From an uncultured bacterium (GTDB taxonomy: Bacteria; UBA8481), in assembly GCA_964499705.1 (NCBI GenBank), contig CAZCME010000005.1, positions 62,001 to 126,000 on the forward strand: a DNA stretch of 64,000 nt, read 5' to 3'. Below are positions 29,642 through 39,651 of the stretch, one piece after another (the first letter of the stretch is position 1; each line of letters opens with the position of its first letter). The notes beneath the pieces were generated by a model. It was not told where the DNA came from. It saw only the letters and a list, made by a program, of their open reading frames with translations, and ran no database searches. The position numbers and the translations under genes were made by a program.

Positions 29642-30594
29642 ACGCCCGCTCGCAGAAGAACTTTCAGCGCTCCCCGCTCGGCCGCGCGCTGAAAAGCCGC
29701 GAGTCCATCCTCCAGGGGATATTCCGCCTCGATCATACCCGCCACGGGAATAGATTTTTCCGCGATTAACCGAAGGGCCATGTCGAACGGCCCGCACCGG
29801 GAGCCGACAACGCGGAATTCGTCGATGACGATCCGCGCGAGATGAAACTGGGGCGGCAGGAATGTCGTGGTCTTCAGGATCAGCGTTCCCCGGGGTTCCA
29901 GATGTTCGATGGCCTGCGCCATGCCTTCCGCGCGTCCGGTGGATTCCACGATGAAGGCGAACTTGTCCTTCCAATCCTCGGCATCGCGCACGGCGACGCC
30001 GGTCCCGGCGAAAAGGGCCCGACGCTTGCCGGCGTGGTGGCCGAAGAGCGAAACGCGGTGGCCGTGTCGAGCGAGGACGAATGCGCAGAGAACGCCCAGC
30101 TTGCCGTCACCGAGAACGGCCACGTCGGAACCTCCAGGAATAATATCCTGCTCGATGATCCTGCAGGCCGCCGCCAGCGGCTCCGCGAAGACGGCTTCCT
30201 CCGGAGCGACTCCGGCCGGAACGCGCCAGAGATTCCGCTCCGGAAGATGGAATCGCTCCGCCATGCACCCCGGACGATTCAGGATCCCGAGAACGGTCCG
30301 CGTGGCGCAATGCCGCGCCCGGTTTGTCGCGCAGTCGGCGCATGATCCGCAACCGCAGTTGATCTCGCCGACAACCAGTTCGCCCGCGCGGAACGAGTCC
30401 GAGCCCTCGACGACGCGGGCGACGAATTCATGACCGGGCACTCCCGTGAAATCCATGTAGCCGTGCACCAGTTCGATGTCCGTCCTGCAGATTCCCGACA
30501 GGACCGGTTCGAGAAGCACTTCGCCGGGCCTCTCTTCCAGCGCCAGATCATCGCGGAAACGGAGCGTCCTGTTCCTGACGTATAAACCCTTCAC
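29638..30594 (-). CDS. Zinc-binding (MDR family) alcohol dehydrogenase
   Basis: GICRTD, GHEF, structural zinc CGCGSCADC...C, EPLAAA and GDGKLG; GTG overlaps the upstream stop. Confidence 0.9.
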   Translation of the reverse strand: MKGLYVRNRTLRFRDDLALEERPGEVLLEPVLSGICRTDIELVHGYMDFTGVPGHEFVARVVEGSDSFRAGELVVGEINCGCGSCADCATNRARHCATRTVLGILNRPGCMAERFHLPERNLWRVPAGVAPEEAVFAEPLAAACRIIEQDIIPGGSDVAVLGDGKLGVLCAFVLARHGHRVSLFGHHAGKRRALFAGTGVAVRDAEDWKDKFAFIVESTGRAEGMAQAIEHLEPRGTLILKTTTFLPPQFHLARIVIDEFRVVGSRCGPFDMALRLIAEKSIPVAGMIEAEYPLEDGLAAFQRAAERGALKVLLRAGV

Positions 30595-32105
30595 TTCGCT
30601 GTTCCATACGTCTCCGCCAGATAGTCGAGAAAATATTTCGCGCGCAGTGTCTCGCCGGTCACGCGCTTCACGAGCTGCGCCGCTGAAAACCGGCTCCCGT
30701 GGGCATGGATGTTCTCCCTCAGCCACGCCAGCAGCGGCGTCAGGCGGCCCTGCCGGAGCTCCGTCTTCCACCGGGGATGATCCGCCTTCCAGGCGCGATA
30801 GAATTGCGCGCCATAAAGATTGCCGAGCACATACGTCGGGAAATATCCCACGTTCCCGGTGAACCAGTGCACATCCTGTAGACACCCCTGCGCATCCGTC
30901 TTCGGGCGGATGCCGAGATACCGCTCCATCTTCTCATTCCACGCCGCAGGAACATCCTTCGGCTGGAGCGAGCCATCGAGGAGCGCCTTCTCCATTTCAA
31001 ACCGGAGGATGACATGCAATCCGTACGTCACTTCGTCGGCTTCCACCCTGATGAAGGAGAAGGAGACGCGATTAATCTCCCGAAGAAAATCATCCAGCTC
31101 GACGCGAGCGAGCGTGCGCGGCATCTTCATCCGGAGCCTGGGAAAATAATGGGTCCAGAACGGCCGGCTCCGACCGACCTGGTTCTCCCACAGCCGCGAC
31201 TGGCTCTCGTGGATGCCCAGAGAGGTGGCCTCGGCGAGCGGCGTTCCCCAGTGACTTGCTTCCAGGCCCTGGCTGTAGAGCGAATGGCCTCCCTCGTGGA
31301 GCGTGGATAAGATCTGATCGATCGGCGAGCGTTCTCTCCGGACGGTCATGCGGACATCATGAGGGTGCATCATCGTGGAGAACGGATGGACCGATTCATC
31401 CATGCGCCCCCTGTTGAAATCGAATCCCATGTCCGAGAGCAACTCCTCGCAGAACTCCCGGACCCGCGGCGCCTCGAATTCCCGCGAATGCGTCAGGATG
31501 CGCGCCGGCCGCGCATGATGCAGTCGCGACGCCAGGGCCGTCAGCGGATTCTTCAACTCTCCGAAGATCCTGTCGATATCGGATGTCCGCGCGTGGGGCT
31601 CGTAAACATCCAGCAGCGCGTCGTAGGGATGCGCGTCATAGCCGACGTATTCGCACTCGCGACGCTTCAGATCGATGATCGTTTCGAGATGAGGAAGGGC
31701 GATCCTGAAATCGGATTTTCTTCGCGCGACGGTCCAGGCCTGGTGAGCGAGGCTCGTCGCGCGCGCCTCCGCGGCGACATGCGCGGCCGGAATCTTCCGG
31801 TTCCGCCGGAAGCGCCGGAACGTCTCCCGAATGACAGCCCGTTCCCTCGGACCGAGCCGCTTTGCGTTCCTGATTTTTCCCGAACCGGGATCCACGAGGA
31901 TGCGGAACAGCTTTTCCATCTCGCGGCTGATTCCATATTCATGCGCGATTCCGGACAGCGCGGAACAGAGCTCCGCGCGGGCGCCCGCTCCGCCGTCCGG
32001 CATGTAAGTCTCCTGGTCCCACTCCAAAAGCGACAGCGCCGAACCGTAGTGCTGCTGCACTTTCAGGCGCTCGATGATCTGTTCATAGGGCGACGTACCG
32101 CTCAT
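30591..32105 (-). CDS. Carboxypeptidase M32 (Taq-type)
   Basis: HPF, HEGGH, HESQS, IRVEAD and QDVHW...YFPTY. Confidence 0.95.
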   Translation of the reverse strand: MSGTSPYEQIIERLKVQQHYGSALSLLEWDQETYMPDGGAGARAELCSALSGIAHEYGISREMEKLFRILVDPGSGKIRNAKRLGPRERAVIRETFRRFRRNRKIPAAHVAAEARATSLAHQAWTVARRKSDFRIALPHLETIIDLKRRECEYVGYDAHPYDALLDVYEPHARTSDIDRIFGELKNPLTALASRLHHARPARILTHSREFEAPRVREFCEELLSDMGFDFNRGRMDESVHPFSTMMHPHDVRMTVRRERSPIDQILSTLHEGGHSLYSQGLEASHWGTPLAEATSLGIHESQSRLWENQVGRSRPFWTHYFPRLRMKMPRTLARVELDDFLREINRVSFSFIRVEADEVTYGLHVILRFEMEKALLDGSLQPKDVPAAWNEKMERYLGIRPKTDAQGCLQDVHWFTGNVGYFPTYVLGNLYGAQFYRAWKADHPRWKTELRQGRLTPLLAWLRENIHAHGSRFSAAQLVKRVTGETLRAKYFLDYLAETYGTAK

Positions 32106-35100
32106 GTGTCCCTGTTCCTTCCCGCGACTTCGCGCGCATGGTCGTTCAGAATTTCCTTCACGCCGCGCGCCGCTAGAAATTTCTCCCTCAGCGCGGCATC
32201 CGTCAATGCTCCCGCGACGGCATCGATCTCCGCCTTTGCCGCGTCCAGGTGCCGCCTCGCCTCCTCCGTGCCCCGTTCGCGGCGCGCCAGAGCGGCGTGA
32301 AATTCCCAGAGAAGCGACCGCGATGCCAGTTCCTCCGCGATCCGCAGCCCCCGTTCCAATTCTTCGACGCCTGCGTGGCAGCTGGATTTCAGGAGAATCC
32401 CCTTCGCGATGAAGTCCTTCACATCGCGCGATTCCGCCATCTCCAGAAGGCGTACGGCGAACGGCAGCGCCTCTTCCCGCCGCTCCGCGATGACGAGTCC
32501 TTCGCCCAGGCTGTAGAGCACCTGCGGCAGCAGCTCCATGTCCTTCAGGTCCTCCGCCATTTCCAGAGCCTCGCGCATCATCGCCAGGCCTTCCTCGTGC
32601 CGCCCCAGGTGGACGCGGTCGAGACCGAGATTGCGGAGGATTTCCACCTGCATCATCCTGAAGAGAATCGTCCGGGAGATCGTCAGCGCCTCCCGGTGAT
32701 ACGCCTCCGCTTCCTCCATCGCCCCGAGAAACTGGTACACCTCGCCAAGATTCGACATCATGATTGTCATCCGCCGCTTGTTTCCCGCCGCGCGATCCAG
32801 CTCCAGCGCCGCCTTGTAGGCCGCGATCGCCTCGCCATATTCTCCGCGGTACATGTGAATGATGCCGATGTTGCCGAGCCCGGTCGCTTCTCCGAGCGTA
32901 TTCCCTTCCCGGCGATGCGCTTCCATGGAGCGCGTGTAGAAATCGAGAGCGAGATCGGTCCGGCCCGTGTAATCGTGAATCCGGCCGATGATGTTGTACG
33001 TCTCCGCGACCATCCTCGCGTCATCCGCTTCCTCCCCGATCCGCGCGGCCTCCTCGGCATGCTGCCGCGCTTCCGCGTAATTACCCAGCCTCGTCTGGAT
33101 CTCGGCGAGATGCTTGGCCGCGACTCCCTTCTCGATCGACGAGGTCGCGATCTCCGCGAGAACGCGATAATCGGACAAGGCTCCGTCGTAATCGCCGAGA
33201 ATTTCACGGACACCGCCGCGACGGCGCAGGTGCGAAAAGGAGGGACGGTCGGACAGGGCGATCATCCGGTCGAAGTAAGAAAGCGCCTCCGCGTTGGCAT
33301 ACGTCAGCCTGGCACGTTCGCCGGCCAGGTAATAGAACTCGCGGGCGCGCTCCCGATTGCCGCCCAGCTCGTGATGCATCGCGATGACGGAGAGAAATTC
33401 CTCCTTCCGGTCGCCTCCGTTCTTCTCGATCCAGTCCGCCAGGATGGCATGATACGGAGCCCGCGTCTTCTTCAGGATCGTCTGGTAGGTGACGTCCCTC
33501 AGGAGCGCATGCTTGAAGATATATTCCGCGCCCATGAAGAGCGACAATTCCATATGCGTGTCGAAGATGAATCCTTTTTCCGAAAGATCCCGCAGGACCG
33601 GTTCCGCGCGGGAGATCGTGAGACCCTCCAGGAGGACCGTGAGGGCGCCTGTCCAGAACGTGCGCCCCACGACGGACGCGCGCTGCAGGACGCCCTTCTC
33701 GTTCACCGTGAGATTATCGAGGCGCGCCTGGAGAAGGCCCTGGATCGTGTCCGGCACGTCGATCTCCCCCAGCCTCTCCTCCACGATCCTGTCCGCCGAC
33801 TCCCCTCGCTGCACGACTCCGGCATCGTGGAGCATCTTGATCATCTCCTCCACGTAGTACGGATTGCCTTCCGTCTTCTCGATGACCAGCCGCTCGACCG
33901 CATCGGGAATCGCGGGCACGCGCTTCAGGAGATCCCGCATCATGACGCGGACCGCCTCGATCGGAAGCGACTTCAGCTCGATGTGCTCCATCGCCGGAAA
34001 GATGAGCGGCGCCTCCGGAAAACGCTCGAAGAATTCGGGCCGCGCCGCCGCGACGAAGAGCAGCGGCCGATGCCGGCTGTCCTGGAAGATGTCGACCGCC
34101 AGGTCCATGGAAGATTGCTCCGCCCAGTGAAAATCCTCCAGGTAGACAACCAGCGGTTCCTCCGCCGCATGGCGGAAAAATTCGACGAAGGCCGCCCGGG
34201 CATGCTGGTTCAGGCGGATCGGATCCTTCTTCAGGGGCGTCACATGCGGACTGCCGGGAAATTCGATATTGAGAAGCGACGCCATCAGATGCGTGATCTC
34301 CTCGGATTTCTCCTCCGACACGGATGTCTCCGAGCCGTCGCGCAGGACCGCGCTGACGCCGGCCAGGAGTTTCGCGCGCGCATCGGCCGCGCTGTCCTCG
34401 TCGAGAATGCCGCAGAGATCCTTCAGCAGGCTCCCGAAGAGGTAGTAGGGAATGTTGGTCGCATACGGCAGGGAGCGGCCTTTCAGCAGGCGTAGCCCCT
34501 TCCCGGCTCGATCCTCGCTTTGAATCGCCTGGTGAAATTCATAGAGAAGCCGGCTCTTGCCGACTCCGGCAGGCGCGGTAATGAGGAGAAAGCGCCGCTC
34601 ATTCCGCCCGGCGGATGCATGCGCCTCGGCAAGCATCCGCTCCATTTCCGATTCGCGCCCGACCATCCGGCTCTCGATCTTTCTCCCGCGGGAGTATCGG
34701 CTGGTGAGCGCCTGCTCGCGAAGAACCCGGTAAACCTTGACGGGATCGCGCTTGCCCTTGACGAGAATCGGATCGAGCGATTCGAATTCGAAAAGCGAGC
34801 GGACATGATCGTGCGTCTTCTGGCTGATGAGGATGCCGTCCACCGGAGCCGCCTTTTCGAGACGCGACGCGAGGTTGACGTCGTCGCCCATGACCGTGTA
34901 GTCGCCGGAGCGATCTCCGATATATCCGGCGAGCACCATTCCCGTGTTGATCCCGATGCGCATGTGGATGCTGATCTCCTCGTCCACGGAGAACCGCCGG
35001 ACCTCCTGCGTCATCTCCAGCGACGCCCTGATCGCCCGCTCCGGATCGTTCTCGTGCGCGACCGGCGCGCCGAAGAGCGCCATGATGCAATCGCCGATGT

Positions 35101-35404
35101 ACTTGTCCACGGTTCCGCCGCAACGCGTGATGATGTCGGTCAGGCGAGCAAAGAGCCTCTGGATGAGATCGCGCACTTCCTCCGGATCCCGGAACTCCGA
35201 AAGCGCGGTGAACCCCTGGATATCGGTGAAGAGAACCGTCACGATCTTCCGCTCCTCGGATTGCCGTTCCGGTTCCGCCGCGACAACGGCGGGACGGGGC
35301 GGAGGTGCCGGCGCGTCGCCCGCGACCGGCGCCAGGCGCGAACCGCAGCCTCCGCAGAACTTGAAGCCGTCGGGATTCTCGGTCCCGCAGGACGGGCAGA
35401 GCAT
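32102..35404 (-). CDS. Zinc ribbon, class III adenylate/guanylate cyclase, AAA ATPase and TPR protein
   Basis: CPSC...FCGGC, VLFTDIQGFT, DKYIGD, GDDVNLASRL, APAGVGKS, EDFHW and C-terminal TPRs. Confidence 0.93.
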   Translation of the reverse strand: MLCPSCGTENPDGFKFCGGCGSRLAPVAGDAPAPPPRPAVVAAEPERQSEERKIVTVLFTDIQGFTALSEFRDPEEVRDLIQRLFARLTDIITRCGGTVDKYIGDCIMALFGAPVAHENDPERAIRASLEMTQEVRRFSVDEEISIHMRIGINTGMVLAGYIGDRSGDYTVMGDDVNLASRLEKAAPVDGILISQKTHDHVRSLFEFESLDPILVKGKRDPVKVYRVLREQALTSRYSRGRKIESRMVGRESEMERMLAEAHASAGRNERRFLLITAPAGVGKSRLLYEFHQAIQSEDRAGKGLRLLKGRSLPYATNIPYYLFGSLLKDLCGILDEDSAADARAKLLAGVSAVLRDGSETSVSEEKSEEITHLMASLLNIEFPGSPHVTPLKKDPIRLNQHARAAFVEFFRHAAEEPLVVYLEDFHWAEQSSMDLAVDIFQDSRHRPLLFVAAARPEFFERFPEAPLIFPAMEHIELKSLPIEAVRVMMRDLLKRVPAIPDAVERLVIEKTEGNPYYVEEMIKMLHDAGVVQRGESADRIVEERLGEIDVPDTIQGLLQARLDNLTVNEKGVLQRASVVGRTFWTGALTVLLEGLTISRAEPVLRDLSEKGFIFDTHMELSLFMGAEYIFKHALLRDVTYQTILKKTRAPYHAILADWIEKNGGDRKEEFLSVIAMHHELGGNRERAREFYYLAGERARLTYANAEALSYFDRMIALSDRPSFSHLRRRGGVREILGDYDGALSDYRVLAEIATSSIEKGVAAKHLAEIQTRLGNYAEARQHAEEAARIGEEADDARMVAETYNIIGRIHDYTGRTDLALDFYTRSMEAHRREGNTLGEATGLGNIGIIHMYRGEYGEAIAAYKAALELDRAAGNKRRMTIMMSNLGEVYQFLGAMEEAEAYHREALTISRTILFRMMQVEILRNLGLDRVHLGRHEEGLAMMREALEMAEDLKDMELLPQVLYSLGEGLVIAERREEALPFAVRLLEMAESRDVKDFIAKGILLKSSCHAGVEELERGLRIAEELASRSLLWEFHAALARRERGTEEARRHLDAAKAEIDAVAGALTDAALREKFLAARGVKEILNDHAREVAGRNRDT

Positions 35405-35569
35405 CAGATCGACCGAACCATCGGAAGCAGGCGGAGACGCAACGGAGGATCAGGGGATGTCCAGGGCATGGCGCGACAGGCATTGTATTCGGATGAGGCG
35501 GCAGGCGCCGTATTAATGTTCTTTAGCCATGACCTCCGCCTCTGATACCCTTCCCGCGGAGGATTTCTC

Positions 35570-36883
35570 ATGACGGAAAGCATCCTGCCTCCGATTCCGC
35601 CGGGCCGCGAAGGTCTGCCGGCGGTCGGAGAAACGCTGGCGTTTCTGAAGAACGGATTCGCGTTCATCGAGGAACGGAACCGGGAATTCGGGCCGGTCTT
35701 CCGTTCCAGCATCCTCGGCAGGAAATCCGCGATCATCTCCGGCCCCGACGCCTGCGCCGTCTGGATCGACAAGGAGAAGATCTGCCGCGAGGATGCGCAG
35801 CCCGCTCCGATCTTCAAAATCTTCGCCGGGCCCAGTCTCCCCCATCTCGACAACCAGGCCCACGCGGACCGCAAGATGCTCGTGCTCTCGGCGTTCACGC
35901 GGGAAGTGCTGGCGTCATATGTGCCAGGCCTGTCCGATGTGATCGCATCCAGCCTGGATCAGTGGCGCGGCGGCGAGTTCGACGCGATGCCCGCGTTCAA
36001 GCGGCTCGCGATCGAGGGAATCTGCCGCAACTTCCTCGGCCTCCGCGGCGGCTCCCAGCTCAACGCGATCGTCGCCGACTACACGGCCGTCACTCGCGGC
36101 ATCGGAGCGCTGCCCATCGCCGCTCCCGGCACCGCTTTCGGAAAAGCGCTTGCGGCGCGCGACCGTCTGCTCGCCTTCTTCATGGAGACGATCCGGCGGC
36201 GCGGATTCAATTCCACCGGCGACGGCCTCTCGCGCATCATGCAGGCCCGGCTCCCGAACGGCACGGTCATCACGCCGGAAGCGATGATGCGGGAACTCCA
36301 TCACATCATCATCGCCGGCTACATCATCTTCGCGGAATTCGCGGCGTCGGTCATCGAGCTGAATCGCAAGCCGGAAATGCGGCGGCGCATCGAGCAGGAG
36401 ATTGCCGCGCATGCGGGCGCGGATCCGACGATCGAATCACTGGAACGAATGACATACCTGATGCAATTCGTAATGGAAGTGAAGCGCCTCACGCCGATCC
36501 TGCCGGCGATTTTCGGAAAGGCGAAAAAGACATTCGAGTTCGCCGGCCGGACGATCCCGGAAGGATGGATGGTCCTCTGGGCGCTCCGCGCGACGTTGGT
36601 CGAGCAATCCGTCTACGACAATCCCCTGGAATTCGACCCCGAGCGGTTCTCACCGGAACGAGCCGAGCATAAGAGACATCCCCATGCGTTCGTGCCGCAC
36701 GGACCGGGTTCCCCTTCCGGACATCTCTGTCCCGGAATGGATTACGCGACGATTTTCATGAAGCTCTTCATCGTGCATCTCCTGAAGAGCGGAATGACCT
36801 GGAGCCTTGCGGAGCCGAATCCGGAATACAACTGGAGCCTGACTCCGCCGGAACCCAGGGGTGGCCTGAAGATCCGGGTCTGA
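35570..36883 (+). CDS. Cytochrome P450 (atypical)
   Basis: PPG..GLP..GET, ExxR (EVKR), FDPERF and the heme cysteine in HLCPG. Confidence 0.92.
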   Translation: MTESILPPIPPGREGLPAVGETLAFLKNGFAFIEERNREFGPVFRSSILGRKSAIISGPDACAVWIDKEKICREDAQPAPIFKIFAGPSLPHLDNQAHADRKMLVLSAFTREVLASYVPGLSDVIASSLDQWRGGEFDAMPAFKRLAIEGICRNFLGLRGGSQLNAIVADYTAVTRGIGALPIAAPGTAFGKALAARDRLLAFFMETIRRRGFNSTGDGLSRIMQARLPNGTVITPEAMMRELHHIIIAGYIIFAEFAASVIELNRKPEMRRRIEQEIAAHAGADPTIESLERMTYLMQFVMEVKRLTPILPAIFGKAKKTFEFAGRTIPEGWMVLWALRATLVEQSVYDNPLEFDPERFSPERAEHKRHPHAFVPHGPGSPSGHLCPGMDYATIFMKLFIVHLLKSGMTWSLAEPNPEYNWSLTPPEPRGGLKIRV

Positions 36884-36912
36884 GCGCCCCGGCAAGATTC
36901 GCAGCGCGGGGA

Positions 36913-38802
36913 TTAATCGTGGCGCGGCAGTTCCACGATGAACGCGGCGCCGGCGGAAGGTGAACTTGTCACGCGTGTCGTTCCGCCGTGCGCCTGCACG
37001 ATCTCCCTGACGATATAGAGCCCCATTCCCATCCCGCCGAAATGAGGAGAACTCGATCCCCGCTCGAATTGCTCGAAGATGAGTTCCTGCTGATCGTCGG
37101 GAATGCCGATCCCCTGATCGGACACCGTGAGGCGGATCCGGTCCGCATGCGCGACAACCTCCACCCGTATCGGTTGTCCCGCTCCGAATTTCACGGCGTT
37201 GGAGAGGAGATTCTCGACAACCCGCTCCAGTCGTTCCCGATCCCAGTGACCCGTCGCGTCCGGTCCGAGCGCGCGGTCCAGCGTGCAATGGGCTTTTTCC
37301 AGCAGCGGCGCATACCGCTCGCTCACGGCCTGGACGATCTCGGCCAGGTCGCACCGGCGCTTCACAAGATCAAGCTTTCCGCCGCGAATGCGCGCCAGTT
37401 CGAGAAGACCCTGCACGAGACTGATAAGCCGCACCGATTGACGCTCGATCAGCTCCAGTCCTTTCGTAATCACCGGCGGCGTCAATCCCTGCGCCGCATC
37501 AAGCCTCCTCATCCCGTCGATCTGAATGCTGAGAGCGCCCAGGGGAGTCTTGAGATCGTGCGCGGCCACGAGGAGAAAGGCATCCCTGGCCTTGGCGGCG
37601 GCTTCCGCCGCTCGACGCGCCAGCTGCTCGCTTTCATACCGGCGCTTCAACTCTTCCTCCGCGCGATGCCGTTCCGTCACGTCGCGGAAAAGGCCCAGGA
37701 TCGTATTGCGACCCGCCAGCATCATCGTCGACGCGCTGATCTCCACGGGCAACAGCGTGCCATCCGCGCGGATCACTTCGGCCGGTGAAGGCGGAGAATG
37801 TTCGAGGTGAATATGCTTGGCAAACATCCGCCTGAATTCCTCCCGGCGCTCGGGCGGATGCAATTCCGCCTGATGCATGCCGATAAATTCGGACCGGGGG
37901 CGGCCCAACATGGCCTCCGCGCTCCAGTTGGCGTCGAGGATTCGTCCCGTTTCCACATCCGCGAGAAATGCCGCGTCATTCAGATGCTCGAAGATGACAT
38001 GAAATCTCTCCTCGCTCTCCCTGATCGCTTCGCCCGCGCGTTTTCGATCCGTGACATCCTCGATGCAGGCGATGAGACCCAGCGGCCTGCCGTCAGGACC
38101 GGGCAGTGCCGACGCTGACAGTGAGATTTCCACGACCGATCCATCCTTGCGGATGCGGGAGCGTTCCACGCCGCGCACGCCCTCGCCGCGCAGGATACGC
38201 TGAAGCAGTGAACGGAATTCCTCCTCCTTCCCCTTGGGTATGAAAGGGAGAGACCGACCCGTCACTTCCTCCTGCCGCCACCCGAAAATCCGCTCCGCCG
38301 CAAGGTTCCATGAAATGACGTTGCCGTCCGGATCGAGAGCAAGGATGGCCAAGGGCGCCGAATTGACGAGGATCTGCAAATGCCGATGCGCATCCCGCAA
38401 AGCGGACGAATTCCCCTGGCGCAGCGTGACGTCCTGCGCCACGCCCTCCACGGCGACGACATCTCCTCGATCGTCGCGAACGGGATACTCGGCCACTTCC
38501 AGCAGGCGAACGGATCCATTCTTATGCTTGATCTCGACAATGTAAGGCGGTTGCTGAATCCCCTGTATGCTCAGCTCCGAAAGGCGGATGACCTCCTGGT
38601 TGATCGGGTTGTCCGTCAGGTAAGACGTGTAGTGGCGCTGAAATTCCTCCGCTGCATATCCCAGGACTCTCGTGAGCGACGGGCTGACATAGGTGAAGAC
38701 GCCGGCAAGATCGTGACGGTAAAAAAAATATTCAAGCTCAAGCTTCTCGACGAAGCGGCGGTACTGCTCCTGGTCGCTCCCGCTTATCGGACGCACTTCC
38801 AT
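36913..38802 (-). CDS. Cytoplasmic multi-PAS sensor histidine kinase
   Basis: Three PAS/PAC units, AHDLKTPL, NLLSNAVKF, DQGIGI and GMGMGL. Confidence 0.93.
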   Translation of the reverse strand: MEVRPISGSDQEQYRRFVEKLELEYFFYRHDLAGVFTYVSPSLTRVLGYAAEEFQRHYTSYLTDNPINQEVIRLSELSIQGIQQPPYIVEIKHKNGSVRLLEVAEYPVRDDRGDVVAVEGVAQDVTLRQGNSSALRDAHRHLQILVNSAPLAILALDPDGNVISWNLAAERIFGWRQEEVTGRSLPFIPKGKEEEFRSLLQRILRGEGVRGVERSRIRKDGSVVEISLSASALPGPDGRPLGLIACIEDVTDRKRAGEAIRESEERFHVIFEHLNDAAFLADVETGRILDANWSAEAMLGRPRSEFIGMHQAELHPPERREEFRRMFAKHIHLEHSPPSPAEVIRADGTLLPVEISASTMMLAGRNTILGLFRDVTERHRAEEELKRRYESEQLARRAAEAAAKARDAFLLVAAHDLKTPLGALSIQIDGMRRLDAAQGLTPPVITKGLELIERQSVRLISLVQGLLELARIRGGKLDLVKRRCDLAEIVQAVSERYAPLLEKAHCTLDRALGPDATGHWDRERLERVVENLLSNAVKFGAGQPIRVEVVAHADRIRLTVSDQGIGIPDDQQELIFEQFERGSSSPHFGGMGMGLYIVREIVQAHGGTTRVTSSPSAGAAFIVELPRHD

Positions 38803-39137
38803 TGGGTGACTTCGAACTGCCTCTCGGAAAGGGGTCGCTCCCAGCGCGCTTCGCTAGCGCCCTCCTGGGTCATCCATCTCCCCGTCAGGCGGACCGGTTC
38901 GGCACAGGTGATCCGGCTGGAGGAATAGACGATCACCTGCTTGCCTTCCTCCACCTCGACGTAGTACGTGAATTTACCGCGAGGATTGGCGAGGAGATGC
39001 TGCTGGGGCACATCCTGGATCTTCCCGACAAGGGTCATCGGTTCGCTCCGATAACCCTCCGTCGTCGCGCAACCGGCCGCGGAGAAGAACGCGCACAGGA
39101 TCATGAAACCGCATATCGGGAAATTCACTTTATTCAT
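38784..39137 (-). CDS. Small putative lipoprotein
   Basis: AAGGAG SD; signal peptide ending in lipobox-like SAAGC; overlaps the kinase start. Confidence 0.6.
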   Translation of the reverse strand: MNKVNFPICGFMILCAFFSAAGCATTEGYRSEPMTLVGKIQDVPQQHLLANPRGKFTYYVEVEEGKQVIVYSSSRITCAEPVRLTGRWMTQEGASEARWERPLSERQFEVTQWKCVR

Positions 39138-39282
39138 CGGCCGCTCCTTGCTGACTGGAGATCCCCCGGAACTCGGCATCCGGATCGAATGACCCGGCTA
39201 ATCTAGGACAGATCCCCGCGAAAATCACTCACGAAATTAAGTTTTCACTCCTCGCGTCCGCCCCATATACTGCCTCGGGGAA

Positions 39283-39648
39283 ATGTTATCCATGCATTCC
39301 AGAGACCACAGTCATCACGAACGCAGGCAACATCCGCGTACCAGGATGGTCACGAACGTCCGCATCTACCTTAAGGGAATGGTCCTCCACGGGACCCTCG
39401 TCGATATCTCCATCGGAGGGCTCCTCGCCGAGGCGGAAATCCGTGTCCTGAACGACGACTACTCGGACGTGACGGTTTCCGAGAATGACGACATCACCGT
39501 CGACATCCCGCGGCTTCGCCTGTCCCGGCTCGGCGGCAACGTCGTCCGCGTGACAGGAGCCGGATACGGCTACACGATCGCCGTCAAATTCGAGGAGATC
39601 CGCCCCGAGATCGCCACCCGCATCATCGAGAAGTTCGCGCGCAAGTAG
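39283..39648 (+). CDS. PilZ domain protein
   Basis: RxxxR (RRQHPR) and DxSxxG (DISIGG). Confidence 0.9.
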   Translation: MLSMHSRDHSHHERRQHPRTRMVTNVRIYLKGMVLHGTLVDISIGGLLAEAEIRVLNDDYSDVTVSENDDITVDIPRLRLSRLGGNVVRVTGAGYGYTIAVKFEEIRPEIATRIIEKFARK

Positions 39649-39651
39649 GGG

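Noticed and set aside
32102-35404. Cyclase-ATPase-TPR protein as a novel system
   Set aside because: This architecture is widespread and described, and no dedicated partner gene is adjacent.
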